From Mesotaenium endlicherianum (taxonomy: Eukaryota), in the NCBI GenBank assembly GCA_009602735.1, contig WELA01002166.1, positions 43,891-107,890 of the forward strand: a stretch of DNA of 64,000 nt. The letters are read 5' to 3'. Position numbers and translations under genes: made by a program. This document shows, in pieces, positions 1-13,815 of this stretch. Position 1 is the first letter of the stretch. The number at the start of each line of letters is the position of its first letter. The notes beneath the pieces were generated by a model. The model ran no database searches and had not been told where the DNA came from. It was given only the letters and a program-made list of their open reading frames with translations.

Positions 1-39
1 CTTTGCAATCCTCTTTCCCCCACACCCGCGCGCGCGTGG

Positions 40-115
<76 letters not shown>

Positions 116-118
116 TGT
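40..118. repeat. (CT)n(GT)n microsatellite; similar intronic (CA/GT)n tracts at about 3567-3600, 7596-7695, 8470-8750, 11480-11655, 13772-13810 and 57395-57496
   Basis: Directly visible. Confidence 0.95.
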
Positions 119-260
119 TTCCTCTCTCCCTCTTTCTCTCTCTATATGTATATGCGTGTGTCTGAGTGCGTGTGTGTATTTGTGTGTTCCTGCGTGCATG
201 CCTGCACGCGCGCGTGTGTGTGTCAGTGTGTGCATGCTTGTCTTGCTCTCTCTCTCACAG

Positions 261-379
261 AATTTAGACGTGTTTGCTGGCTGGAAGTCTATCGGCACAG
301 AAGTACTCCCTACTTGTCCAAGTATGTGCGTCAAGGAAGCCGTTTGATCTCTCTCTACAAGTTCGCGCTGGCCCGCTGA
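261..379 (+). CDS. Coding exon of an unidentified gene entering from upstream of the window: (E)FRRVCWLEVYRHRSTPYLSKYVRQGSRLISLYKFALAR*; alternatively it ends at a donor after 321
   Basis: CT/GT-rich tract ending in CAG at 258-260, then a protein-like frame to TGA at 377-379. A good donor AA|GTATGT at 322 gives an alternative internal exon 261-321. Confidence 0.5.
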
Positions 380-873
380 CGCCTTTCAGTGTCCAAAGAC
401 ACCCCGTGGCGTTTTCTCCTGCGGCGCGACATACAGCTGTCAATTCCGACCTCTGTCTCGAGTTCAGAATCTCTGCCATCTGGACTCAACGCCCGACCTC
501 TGCGCTCACTATGCCTCGCAGCTGAAGACTTCTTATGGGAGCCCAACCAAGAGACTTTAAACGAGGTGGCAGGTGGCAGATGGCAGATGGCAGATGGTCT
601 GATCAGTCCAATCGCCGGTCAGTTGCATCGTATCTCATCTGCACTTCTACAGAAACCATCCAGGCCGTTGGAAGGCGCCAGGTGGGGCTGCTCTGTTGGC
701 GAGGAGGGCACCTCTATTGGCGGCTGCCTCACAGTCCAGAGCTTGAATCGTTGAGAACTTCAAGTTTTCTTTTGGCTGACAAAAGCGGTATATCTGTGCG
801 CTCTCTCTCTCCCTCTCTTTTTCTCCCTCTCTCGCGCCCTCCTCCTCTCCCTCTCCCTCTCTATTGCTTGCAG

Positions 874-1773
874 GTCAGCCGAGTCTCCGCTGTCAGATTT
901 CGTTCCGGCAGAAATATCCGCTCTGCTCTCGCCAGATTGGGCCGGTCCAGATCACGTCCGCTCAGATACAGCAGACTCTGCCACCTGGCACGTGCTGGGC
1001 GATGCCACATCCAACGGCAGCTCTCTTTCCGGCAGGCCTAAGCTGTCCAGGTCGCCACTTGTCACCACCGCGGCAAAGCCACGCGGCTGTAGCGCCCGCG
1101 ACATTGCAAGAAGTTCACTTGATGTAGACCCCGACACCCCGTCCGATGCCCTAGCGCCACATGGCACGCCCAAAATCAATCCAGCGCCAGCTGCCGCAGT
1201 CCCAGATTCACCGTGTCCTGCTCCTGGAAAACCAGCCCCCGATCTTCTCGATGGCAACCCCAACCCTGATTACATGCTCAAGGGTAATCCTATTACTAGT
1301 ATCTCTGTTAGCCCAAGCTTTATTCCTACCTCTAACTGCAATACTAACCCTAAACCCGGTTCGAATATAAACCCTACCCAAAACCGCAACCCTACTCCTG
1401 ACCCAATTGCTAGTAAACACCAGGATGAGAATTTCCGAGGTTCCGATACGGTGCCGCTGGCTGCAAGCCTGGGCCAGCTTGGCGCCACTTCGCTCTCTGC
1501 CGCCCGGTTCCTCGACAGGTCAAAGGCAGTCAACGGCCAGGCGGAAGCGACAGCAGCAGCAGCAGGTGTGAGGCCGAGCACTCCCTTGCTGGCGGGCGTG
1601 GTGCAGGTGGCACGTGGCGCACCCCCAGAGGCGCCAGCTGGGGGGGCTGATGCCTCGGCGTGGCCCGCCTCCTGTTGCTGCTGCTGCGCGGCCGAGGGTG
1701 GTGGGGGGGACCACGCGCGCGCGAAGCCTGTCCTCATCAAGGCGAGCTCCAACGTCCAGCGCAGCGCTGACCT
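874..1773 (+). CDS. Candidate large low-complexity exon, probably an upstream part of the DHHC gene
   Basis: Strong pyrimidine tract plus CAG at 871-873, and an open frame from 875 to 1858. Donor CT|GTACAC at 1774 is phase 2 and joins in frame to the DHHC exon at 2490 (…RSADL|LRKCATC). No recognisable domain. Confidence 0.4.
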
Positions 1774-2489
1774 GTACACGCCCTCGCTGACCCGTGCACC
1801 CCTGCTGACCTGGCAATTCAACGCTCCTCTGTGCCTGTGTTTGTGTCTGTGTCTGTGAATAATTGTTTGGCCTGAGGTCAGACAATGCGTGTTGTACATT
1901 GTTCTTCTATATGAAATTTCGGAACCGCGTCAGCACGCTGTCTGTGGCCCGACGTGTCTGTTTCAATCATTCTCGTCAGCAGCACTAGGAAGAACATCCA
2001 TACCCCTGTCACTCTCTTCTTGTTTGTCTTCACGGCCTGACCGGACACTTTTCACTGAGCCCCGCATACTAAACCCTAAACCCAACACGTGGGCTCTGAG
2101 CCGGATCTCAACGTGCCCCAGGTCTTGCCGACGTGTGTCACGTCACGGTGTTCTTGAATCGTCTTCCACTTAGCCGCGGATGTCGCTGTTGTTTGTGCGT
2201 CAGTGTCGTAAACGTGAAGCCACTTTGGCATTCTCCCAGCGTGTGGTTGATCTGAAACAAAAGGGACCCTAGCCTTACGTTGCTTGCGCCCTTCTCTGCC
2301 CATCTTAGAGCGTTATTTGGGTAGTCTCTGTTATCCAGCGCTTCTGAGAGAGCGCGCGTGTGCGCGCGCGAGCGCGAGCACATGCATGTGTGAGCTCGTC
2401 CCTAAGTTACCCGCCCTCTGCCTCTGAGCAAGCGTGCTTGTGTGCTTGTTCGCTTGTGCGCGCGTGTGCGTGGGCGCGTGCACCTGCAG

Positions 2490-3564
2490 ACTGCGCAAGT
2501 GCGCCACCTGTCAGCTGTGGCAGCCGATGCGGGCCAAGCACTGCCACGACTGCGACAGGTGTGTGCTCAAGTTTGACCACCACTGCTTCTGGGTGGGGAC
2601 ATGTGTTGGCCAGCGCAACCACGCCCGCTTCTGGTACGTTTGTCAAATCCCCACCCCTCTTCCACCTGCAGGGCGCAACACTCTAAGACACTTGGCTACT
2701 GCATGTTTCAGCACGTGTCAGTCCATCAAGCTGCCTTCCTCCGTTGGGGGAGGAAGCTCTATTGAAATGTTTTGGGGGGGCAATGGACTTTGGAGAAACT
2801 TAATTGGAGACATAGACAGCGACTGGATGCGAAAGGACTAGCGCTCCGGATTCAGAAGCAGAGGGAGAGGCACAGTGCAAGTATCCTGTAAAGTAGCGCC
2901 CGAGATTCCAAGGGTTGAGAAAAAAATTGCTCCAGTTATTCCCCGTGCCTCTCTTTTGTCTTCACCACCATCATCTTGAGTGCTCGTTCGCCCATCACGT
3001 GACGAGGAGTGGGCATAGACGTGATGTTTTCTTTTCTTTTTTTGGGAGAAATGATGATTCTATTTCTGCACGTTCAGGTTGTTCTGACGTATGGTGCCTG
3101 GCGCATCCTGCTTCTGCCAGGTGGTATTTGCTGCTGGAGACGCTCCTCTCCCTGTGGACACTTGCCGTCGCGTTCTCCTCCCTTGACTGGAAGAGCCGCC
3201 AGAAGTGGTGGTGAGCTGGCGTTGACACCCCCTTCAGAACACCATGATGTGCAAATGTGTGCTGCGTGTGTTTGCGTGTCTGCGTTGGAGGAAGCATCGT
3301 CAGGCCCTCGCTCACCACCCTGAGAACGTTGGGTAATGCTCAGTTTGACTGTTTGAAACGCCAATCACCTCTCAACACTTCAGCTGCCACGAGCCATGGC
3401 TGTTCCTTTCTCAGCTCGTGCACTGTTATAGTAGTTCACACACGCACTGTGGTTGATTCAGGATAAGGACATCTACAATCAGTTTCAAACTTTGCATCTA
3501 TATACATGGCCACGTGTTAAATGTATGTGTGTGTTTGTGCGTGTACTAGTGTGAACACGGGGAA

Positions 3565-3602
<38 letters not shown>

Positions 3603-5510
3603 GCACACATGCTTGTGCACATTACACATACCCCCCCCAATTACCCCCCTTTCCCTCCCTCCCTCCCTCCCTCATGTGCCTGCTGTTTGTTGGTGTGTGT
3701 GGTGTGTGTGGTGGGTGAGAATGGGGGGGGGGGNNNNNNNNNNNNNNNNNNNNNNNNNNNNNNNNNNGGGGGGGGGGGACAATTTCCACCAGGCTGGAGC
3801 GCAACCTGCTGATATTGGCGGCGGGGGTGGTGCTCCTGTGTCTCACGCTCTTCCTCCTCATCCTCCTCCTCTTCCACTCGTGCGCTCCCCTCCCCTCCCC
3901 TCCCCTCCGCTCCCCGTCCCCTGCGACCTCGTGCCCTTGTGCCCCTGGGCCCCGTGCCCTCGTGCCTCTGCTGGGGGACACCTTCTCACGAGCCCATTGC
4001 GCTCGCTTGTTCTCATCGCAGTCAGAGAAGCACCAATTCCTTAAAGCTAGCAAAAATTGTGATAACTTAGAGCCTGGTCTTTGGCCCTGCTGTGTTCGCA
4101 CCACCCGCAAAAGTTGGCCAATTGGACCATCTTTTCGTTGGTGGTAGCATGAATAGCTGGGGGAGTGTTCTTATATATATATTGGGGCGATTCTGAATGT
4201 GGCCTTCATCTTGGTTTGCTGATTGTGTGAAGCACGTGTGTAAACATTCTTGCGGGTGTCGGCATTCGTACTGTCCTCATTGCTTGAAGTATATATATTT
4301 GTATACATAATCATATATATCTACATCCACATGAAGAAGTAGGTCATGTGCTTTGAGGCGCTTCCTGGATATTCATTCCGCTGGGGAGGTGTGCTCCAGT
4401 CGGAAGTAGGAAACTCTTTGACGGACCGTCAGAGCCTCCCTCTGAGGTGCTTGCTTCCTCGTTTCTAAATTCTCTGTGCACCTTTCTCCTGGCGGGCAGC
4501 TATCTAGTGGTGACAAACCAGACCACCTACGAGCTGACGCGCCGCAAGCGCATCTCCTACCTCAAGTGAGCCCCTCATCGCCCTTGCTTCTCCGCTGCTA
4601 ACCCCCAAAGCTCCCCTCAAACTCGAAACCCAGAACCCTAGACCCTAATCCCTCTTGCCTATATCCCCTGTAGCCTTCTTCTGGGGGGGGGGAGCGCTTG
4701 GGGAATAGGGCCTTGAGACTATCTTGTAGTGTTTTAGAATCTGACCTCAAGGCTGTATCCCAGCACAACCCATGATCATCCGAGGGCGGCTTTGCCCCCC
4801 GGTTCCTCGTTTGGTGGTAATACATTTGATACACACTAGAGTTGTGAATTTGTGAATTTCAAGTTGGCAAAGCTAATGTTTTGGGCTGCTCGTGACTCCT
4901 TACCCTCAAGGTTGATGCCCTCCGTGTGCGCACGCGCACGCACATACGCACGCTTGTACGGAGATATGTGTGTATGAGTATGAACGTTGAAAATTAAAGT
5001 CTCATGCGATGGTCTTGCAAATTTGATGGTATAGAAAACCCAATGTGGCAGACCCGGTGAAAAAATTCCAGTCGCATTCTGTTAGAAATTTTTTTGATTT
5101 GTGAAACTTGTGAATGAATGAGAGGGAGCGTTGCTTACCTTCTCTCTCATTCCGGAGGTATTCCGTGAGTAGTAGTTTTCCTTGTTCTTTCTTTCTCCCC
5201 CGACAAGCATGCTGAGGTGCTGGCAAGAGTGTGGTCCGTCAAGTGTGTTAAATTTGATGGAAGGTCTTGCTTGATAGAAATTGTTAATGATAATACTAAT
5301 TCACGTACATGCCATGATTCCCGCTCCTTGTTTCATTTCTGCAGGTATATCCCATCAAGGGTCCACCCATTTGGGAAGGGCGTGTGGCACAATGTGCTTG
5401 CGTTTTGTTGCACCCCTCGCAACCATTATCCCATGTACGATCTTCCTAGTGAGGAACAGCTGGACGACATGGAGGCACATGCGTGCGCGCATTTTTGGGG
5501 ATGTCGATGA
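2490..5510 (+). CDS. PAT10: DHHC-type protein S-acyltransferase, PAT10-like (3' part); exons 2490-2633, 3121-3210, 3793-3879, 4500-4565, 5345-5510
   Basis: [47 protein letters not shown], two TM segments, [14 protein letters not shown] and RVHPFGKG. All introns are GT-AG and phase-consistent; stop TGA at 5508-5510. The layout resembles Arabidopsis PAT10 as recalled. Confidence 0.9.
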
Positions 5511-7419
5511 TAGCATCGCTTATTTGAGAGGAAAAGAGTATGGAAGCAAATGATGGGGCAAAGATTGTCAAGAAGAGCAAAAGGATTAATAAAATATGTC
5601 ATTGTATCTTAGTGAATTATGCCACACCTGGACAAGTTCTTCCCGAAGTTGATGTTGATTTTAGTGGAAATCTTTTACCTTCAAGAATCTCCCAAAAAAA
5701 AAAAAACATTCGGCAAGCAAATTGCGCCCATCTTGGTGACCGGCAGGAGAATATAATCTAGGTCGTTTTAGAACTGCTTGAGATTTGAAATTTGTGTGTC
5801 CAATTTGTGAGTACACAATGTATCAGTTCCACTTCATTTCCATGCTGGAAGCTGTGACAATTATTGGGCCAGTAGAGCTTCTTGGGGGTTGAAACATAAA
5901 GCCACTCAACCCCCATAAGAATCAAATGAGACATTGGGATATAGACTACTGTTATTCACTAATGCATGCATGGGGATGCAACCCAAAGAAGGATATGCAT
6001 ACACCTTATTGCATACCCATCAATCATTTGCCTGGTCATGGTTACCTTCTCGTGGCAGTCGGCTGGGACATTTTCACAAGTCCAGCCAAATTGTAGTGGG
6101 AAATCATGTTTGGTGCATAAGGGCAACACACATTTCCTCCGATTGTTGTGAGTATTCAAAGAGGAGAAAGAGCAAGAAGAAGCAAGTGTTGGAGTACTAA
6201 TATCTTACTTACCCGTTCCTAGCATATTCATATTAATACTCCTACATCTGCTCCTTCTTAGAGAGAGGTCACGGCAAATGTAAATCCCCTCTTGCAAAGC
6301 ACGTGCCTCAAATAACAATTGTACGTGAAAATGAGCACATTAGGAAAATTAGTTAGTGGTACTCAAATGTATCAACTCCTTTGCATGGATAAGTGGTAAG
6401 CTAACAAAGTTTTTCCCAAAAATTAGTCAAATAAGGGAACACCTCACGATTTCATTTATCTATCTTATCAAATATGTTGTGTATATTACTTCAACCCCAG
6501 CAGAGGAAAGAAAATATGCACATATCTTCTTACGTGATTGTGAAGTCGATTTCTTCTTCAATGTTATTTGAAGTTTCCTCGTAGAATGCACCAGATGATC
6601 CAGATTTGAATCAAATCAGACTATGTCAAGATATAAAGTTGACGACAATGTCAAAGTTTGAACATGAGTAAACATTACATGACTCTTCGGACGATGCAGA
6701 AAACAAACCTCAACACAACCATACATACACGATGCGCAACATAAGATTCATCAACTGATTAAACTCGTTTTACGTACAAGCATTAACACCAGAATGTGAA
6801 AGACATCAATTATTTAACATTGGGCAAATTGACATGTACGCAAATGATGTGATCCATTAGCCACACTCATCCTGTAAATGGTAGCAGGTGCTCATGCTGA
6901 TAACAGATATGTGCAGCTACTCGAACGCACAGCAGGATATTGAATTTTTATGTTGCACCAGGATAAATACGTTCTTTAATCATGGTCTCGACGCCTCAAC
7001 TCGTCTTATTGTAAAAACAAGACTCTACAAAAAAGACCCAGGTGCGTCATTCCGGTTGCATTTCTCCCACCACAAACCTTTGGTCCCATTACAGTCACTC
7101 AAGAGCCCCAAGCTTGTCCATGGCGGCAAAGGCACGTTCATTCACAGCGTACGGTGATCAACATTGACACCAAAGGAAAGGCCAGAAATACCTCTAGACA
7201 ACATGTTACAACCTCTACAGCTTCAACATAGTAACATGATCTTAAAGTGGCCACAAGCATTGCTGCTGGCAGCCATCCAGATGCACATTTTGAAGCACGG
7301 CTTTATATAGCTTTTAGTCTCTCAAAAGATTTGACAAAACAATGATTTATGTCGGCCCATATTGACCGAGGTTGACCCGATAGGTTGATGCAACTTCATC
7401 AAAGGTGACTCATGACTGG

Positions 7420-10400
7420 CTACAAATTGACAGGAGCAGGAATGTAGGACTCTAGCATCAGCCGCGTGGGAGTAGGGGCGGTGATGTCAACAATCAAGTA
7501 GGTGTACTTGAGCTGCCTGTCCACCTTGTCCTTAAACATCTCGCACTGCACGATGCCCGCCCCCTGCGGTCCTTTTATATGAAATTGTACCTGCTCACAC
7601 ACGCACACGCGCACACGCGCGCACACACACACACACATACACACACACACACACACACACATGCACACACACACACACACGCACGCACACATACACGTCA
7701 TTTCTGAACCAACTTTAATCGGGGTGCTTACTTATTTACCGCTACATACGGCAATCTAAGTGCCTGCCATGTCATCATCCTACAAACACCTGACCTCCCA
7801 CTACCTGCAAGAATCTCCCCACAAAGCCAATCTTTCCATGAAGCTGATTCGTTGAGCGTCCTCAGGTTCCCCAAATTAGGCATCGGAGCTTAAAGAGACA
7901 CTCGCATGCATCAGCTCTTACCCGCCAGCTGCCACCGGCAGACGACACCATTTCCCTCTCCTCCCCCCTCCTTGTCCTTGACCTAACAGCAGCCGAGGAA
8001 CTTGCTCAGAAAACTTCAGCCTGTATTTCTGACCCTAAATATGACCCCATACAAATAGTTCCCCCGTCTCAAACCCTAAAGCAGAATGACCACTCTTAAA
8101 ATTGTATTGCACCCCTACAATAGCAAAAGGCCTGAAGTCTTAAAAACGTGAAACGCTCAGCCGGGGTACAAACATAAAGTGATGCAGGACCTGCCCCCCC
8201 ATCTGCACCCGCCGTCCCGGCAGGATCAGCTTGCACAAAATCCCCGCCCACCCACAACCGGAGAGCTCGCAACCAAGCAGCGGACAAAGGAAAAAGAGGG
8301 GGCCAAAGGAGCAGGCGGCACCTCGCGAAAAGCATCCAATCCTATATCTACCTTCTGCAAGGGAGAGAGAGCAGAGAGGAGGCCTGAGGGGGAGCGCAGG
8401 CATCTCATCGGCATAGGGATGTTCTACAATGTTTATATAAAAAAGTGAAGGAGTAGCAAAGATGAAGCGCACGCAGCACAGACACACAGGCACACACACA
8501 CAGGCACATGCACACACACACACAAAGAGAGAGAAACCTCAATGCATTCGATGCCGCCCTCGGTGGAGAGCATACATGAGTGAATAGTGAGATGGGGACA
8601 AACAGGCACACAGGCAGACAGGCACACACGGACACGCGCACACAGACACACGCGCACACAGATATAAACCCACACACGCACGCAGGCACACGTACACAAG
8701 CACACATGCATGCAAGCATATAGGCACGCACGCGCACACGCACGCACGCACCTCGATGTGTTCGACGCCGTCCTCGTCGGTGTACACGCGGTGGCTGATG
8801 CGCTGCCGAGCCGCCCGGTTGCGGCTCTCCTGCCCGTAGCCCTTCACGGGCGACCCCAGCCGCACCGTCACCTGCGAGAGATGCAGATGCAGATGCATCC
8901 CCCAGGTGCATGCACCCGCCCGCCCCCGAGACGACCCATGCATCCGGCGGATTGAGGTGCATGGCAGCGAAAGAAGGCGCCGCAAGAAGACGCGGCGTAT
9001 TTCAGCGGGATGGTGGGGCAGCTGGAGGTGGCGCTCTCGTGCGGGGCAAAGGCAAAAAGGGGAGCGCATGAAGCAAGGGGAACAGAAGAAGGAGAAGAAG
9101 AGGAAGCAGGGGAGAACAGGAAGTTGGCCTGCAAGATCTCTTCCCCCAAGAATTTGGACCGTTCCCATCCAGCTGCAGGAGGAGAGGAGAAACCGCCATC
9201 TGCCATCAGGACCGCAGCCGCCTTTGGGCAGCTGCCAGTGCGGTGCGGACGTAGTTCAGCACATAGAATCCAGCCAAAAGTAATACCTGATTATCATTGT
9301 TATTGTAAAATAAGAGTGGTAATGATAGTTTCAGGGAAAAAAAAAAGAGTAGCTCCAAGGAGGAGCAAGGTGAGTCTGCTGGATGTCAGGCAGCGGCTGC
9401 CTCCCTTGCGCGCGCCACTTGGCGCAGCCCTGCCGTTTGATAAGCACCGCGCTGTCATAGGATTCCGCCAGCTGGACAGCTCCAAGTCAAGGGCGTGCAG
9501 GTGGCGGAGCCCCCAGGCGTGAGCGAAGCTTCATCCTGATGCAGCTGTTGCAGCTGACCAGGCCAGCTCAGCAAGCCCGATGACACGCCAGGTGTCAGAC
9601 GATCGGAGGGTGCGCCAGGCGGTAGAGAGCTGAGAAAGGGAGAGACGGGTAGGCGCAGGTGGGGGGTGGCTCTCACAATTTCTCTCACACACACTCTCTC
9701 TCTCACTCCCTTACTCTCGCTCTTGTACCTGATTGTCTGTCTTCACGCGGTCGAGGGCTTTGTTGAACACCGTGTACCTGCCGCCCAGCCAGGCCAGGGA
9801 AAACATCATTTTAGGGTCAAGTTTCAAAATCTTATAGCTAGGAACTAGCAACTAGGAGCGAGAAGGAGGAAAGGAGGAGGAGGAGGGAGGAGGAGGAGGA
9901 GGAGGAGGACGAGGACCACACCCGCCTGTATGTGTGTACGTGCAACGGGGGGCTCACCCGTTTCACAAGCTCACTCCAGCTTCTCTACAGGTTTCTACCA
10001 CTTAATGAGGTGTAGTACTATAAAAGCCCCCTCTCCGCTCCCCCCCCCGTCCCCCTCTCCTTCTTCCGCTCCCTATCTCACCCCCCTCTCATTCAAGATA
10101 AAAGAAGGCCGGCACAGAGGGACGCACCAACACAGCAGCAGGCGCTGTGCAAGAGCAACTCTTCTCTGAGTTAGCAGCTGCAACATGGGAGGGTCAGCTC
10201 CTCAGGGAGAGCTCAAGGAGGGCCACGCGACCAGCGCCGACACATACACACACGAGAGCTGCGAAGGCCGCAAGCGGAGCAGGCTGCCAAGAACGCTTGC
10301 CTAATCTGAGCTCCCTGCAGAGGCTCTTGCTGCAAGGAACGGCACAAGAATGTCCGCACCCCAGGACAGCGACAGCTGCCGGCTGCAGAGGGAGCACACT

Positions 10401-12959
10401 TGCTCCCCCCGGGCCGCGTATCAAGCCCCTCAGAGACAGTGCAAGCCCGGCAAGGCGAGAGCACGCGCGCCTCTTTGGGCCGCGGCGGTTGAAGCGCTAG
10501 CAAGATGCGGCAGAGGGGGAGGGGGGGGCACCCCCCCAACACAGGATAGCCCGAGAGTCGAGAGACAGAAAACGCTGGCGTCTTCAGCTGCAAGGCAGAC
10601 GGTTTCAAAAATGAGGGCTCCCGGGGCCCTGCGGATCACGGGTGAGAGAACTCGTGATGTGATATGTGAAGTTTTGACATCAGCATCATCAGGGCCTGAA
10701 CCTGCGGTGTGAGGCTTGCAGGACTCCAGTGCAAGGCCAGGAGCGTCCAGGGTTGGGGTTTAGCGACATGTTTGTGACCTTTTAGGGTTCACACAAAAGT
10801 CCGGACAAAGCTTCTGTCGCGAGGGGGCCCAGATTTCAAGCCTCAACCTCAGGATCTGGTTTTCAAATTTATAGGGTTTTCGGAGTGGGGTAAAGACTTA
10901 TAGTTCCAGGGGTTGGGGAGTCCGGGTCTCCCCCAGATGTCCGGCAGAAGCGCGAGGCGGCTCAGGCCTCTGTATGCAGGGTTTAAGGTTCGGGCTTTAG
11001 CATGTAGACTTATGGTTTCAAAGTCTCGTGTTTCATGGATCTGGTTTTTGGTTATGGGCTTCAAGATTCTGCTTCTTGGGTTGGGGTTCAGGGTGTAGGG
11101 GTGTAGGGTTCCAGAAGTTTGAGAATTGAAGAGTTTAGGGGTAGGGTTTCAAGGTTTCAGGTTTCAGAGTTTGGGGATATAGGATTTGGAGCCCTCACTC
11201 CTTGGGCTGGATGAGGAGCTCCTTGAAGACTGCGTAGAGCGCAGCGCCCGCCACGGCCACGCCCGCCAGGATGACCAGGCTGTACGACGCGCCCTCCGCC
11301 ACGCTGACGGGGCGCTCAGGGATGCGGTCTGTGATCTCGTCGAAGGGACCCTCCTCCGGCTGCCTCGCCACCTCGCGCCCCCCCCCGCCTGCTGCTCTCC
11401 TCCGGCCCTGGAGATTCGCGGAGACGGCCCCGGACGCGGGTGTTCGCGCACGCGCGCACCGCGCAGAAGCGCAGGCAGGCACACGCACGCGCGCACGCAC
11501 ATGCACATACACATGCACACAATACAAACATCAGACACACGCACACACACACGTGTACACACACACAAACAAACACACACACACACACACGTGTATACAG
11601 ACAGTGAGACAAACACATGCGCGCGCGTGCACACGCACGCGCGCGCGCGCACGTGCCCGCAGACAGGCCCAAAAATGTGTCAAAATGAATTTGGACCTGA
11701 AGCAAGAGGCACGCGGAGGTTCAGGCGCGCAGCCACACGAGCATTCTTCTGCAGCTGGCAAGAGAATGAGCATGAGGAAGAAGGCATGGGAGTAGGGTGT
11801 AGGGTTCAAAGGAAGGTGCTCGGGAGCGTCGTGAGCCAGCCACGCCGTATGTACATTAATACATGGGCATATGACATATTCATATAGGTGAGCTTTTATG
11901 CATATATATATATATTTATGTATATGTCATATGGACAGAGAAAACAAAGCGGTGCAAAGAGAGACACATACCCACTTGCCACGCAAAGGCAAAGGTTGTC
12001 GGCAGAGAAGAGATGCAATCCATAAATTTTGGAGGAGACGAGAGGGGCCCCCAAGCGCACCTGCCCTTCAGACGCGTTCCCCGAAGTGCTCAGGCCGCGC
12101 GCTCCCGCCAGCACTTGGCGCCGGATCGCCACCTGTCACCATGCAAGAAGACCCCTCCGTCAACTGTGGGATCAACGAAAAGTCAACACGAGGTCAAAGG
12201 GCTTCCACGAGTCAAGCGGCCTGAGCTGGCGCCTCCACTTTTCTCTTCTTGGATACACCCCACACGTTCCTTCTTGTGGGTAGTAACGGACCAATACATT
12301 CATACACGTCTATATCCATGCAGAGACGTGTTTTAGTTTGTTGTCATAAAGCAAACACAAGCACTGCGTGTGTGAACATCACCGAAATCCTGCAGAGTAC
12401 CTGCATGGCATCTGCAACCTTTACATGTAATCCTTGAGCAAGCACACAAACTAGCTACAAAGGAGAACACGGATTGCCCTCAATAAAAAAAGAAAAAAAA
12501 AAGTATAGTGGAACAAAATCACTTGATACAATTCAGATGCTCACACCCGCACACCCGTACACGCGGACAGAATTGATACCCAAAGGAAACAGATAAAAAG
12601 GAGAAGTAAAAAGAAGAGAAAAAAGAAAAGGGAAAAGAAACTTATGCCCTCCGACACCTATGGCGAGAATAGAATGTACATGTGCAGAAATGCTTCATCT
12701 ACAGAAAAGAAAGATACAGTACACCCAAACTTATCCTATTGTAACCTATAGTAATTAGAAATGTATGACATCAAAGAGGGGAAAGCACAGGTAGGTGGTG
12801 TTGACATGTGTTCAACTTGCTCACAATACGTTGATTACAATATCTGCTGGCTGCGATGCTCGCCACCTCAGCGGGCGTGGTCCCCACCAGGCCCTTCGGC
12901 CACTGGACCGCGGGCTTGCCCGCCAGCTGGCCTCCCTGCAGGCACGCCAGCTGCCCCCC
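7420..12959 (-). CDS. TIM21: Mitochondrial import inner membrane translocase subunit TIM21; exons 12959-12825, 12132-12061, 11407-11199, 9777-9729, 8871-8752, 7590-7420 (first exon uncertain)
   Basis: Spliced product contains [29 protein letters not shown]…[23 protein letters not shown]…[21 protein letters not shown]…[19 protein letters not shown]…YTYLIVD. Introns are GT-AG and phase-consistent; stop TAG at 7422-7420. The two 5'-most exons are less certain. Confidence 0.9.
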
Positions 12960-13768
12960 CTGCAACCATTGAGAACAGAAAAGGAGAGTGGGCAACATAC
13001 TTGAGAGAAATAAAGAGGAGGTAGGGGGGACGCGATACTTTGCTCCCAATAGGAGCATGCTTCACTCAAAAACAGTAAGACAGGTTTGTCATCAATAGCA
13101 AGAAAGAGAAAGAGGGAGAGAGAGGAAAGTGCAGGATAAAGGGACACATCTCAACGGAGAAGTGATCAAAATCCGCGGGCGTATGCGCGCGCGGACACAT
13201 GTGCGAGAGGGGTGGAGCCTCCGCGTTCCGCGGCTACCGATTAGTGGGGAAAATCACAGTGACGGGCGAGCGCGTCACGCCCCTCGCCATGGAGGGCAAG
13301 GGCCGCAACAAGGGCCGCACTTGAGCGCACACACTTCAGAACGAGAAGCACACGGAATAGAAGAGCGCGCATCTCTTCGAAATTCTGGGAATCCTCTGAC
13401 TTCTTCTATATATATTTTGATAAGAGTAAGATACCTAACGCTTAACGCTTATCTTCAGGCAGTGCCGTATCGCACCCAAGCCAGAGGGGCGGGCGTGAGA
13501 CACAAACGCAGACGAAGAGTGCGCATGCGCATGCGCTAGTTTCTCATGCGTATCTCCTTGGAGGACTCGAAGGGTCCTGCTGGGCTAGACAGCTGGCATA
13601 CAGTTGCAGCGGCATAGGGTTCTGGGTTCTCAATAAGATGGAAGCCCGCCCCCAGGTTTGCACAAAGGCTGAATCAAAATTCTCTCAGACTGACACTCGG
13701 GTAAGGTAATGGATGGGGGTCCCAAGAGAAGTAGGGACTTGCAGTGGGTGAGGCTTCAAACTCTATAT

Positions 13769-13815
<47 letters not shown>

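Noticed and set aside
1284..1423. Possible intron inside the 874-1773 exon
   Set aside because: The donor (phase 1) and acceptor (phase 0) are incompatible and splicing would create an immediate stop.
8096..11887. Many 60-230 aa ORFs rich in CV, HT and RA repeats
   Set aside because: These are translations of intronic microsatellites, GC-rich introns or the antisense strand of real exons.
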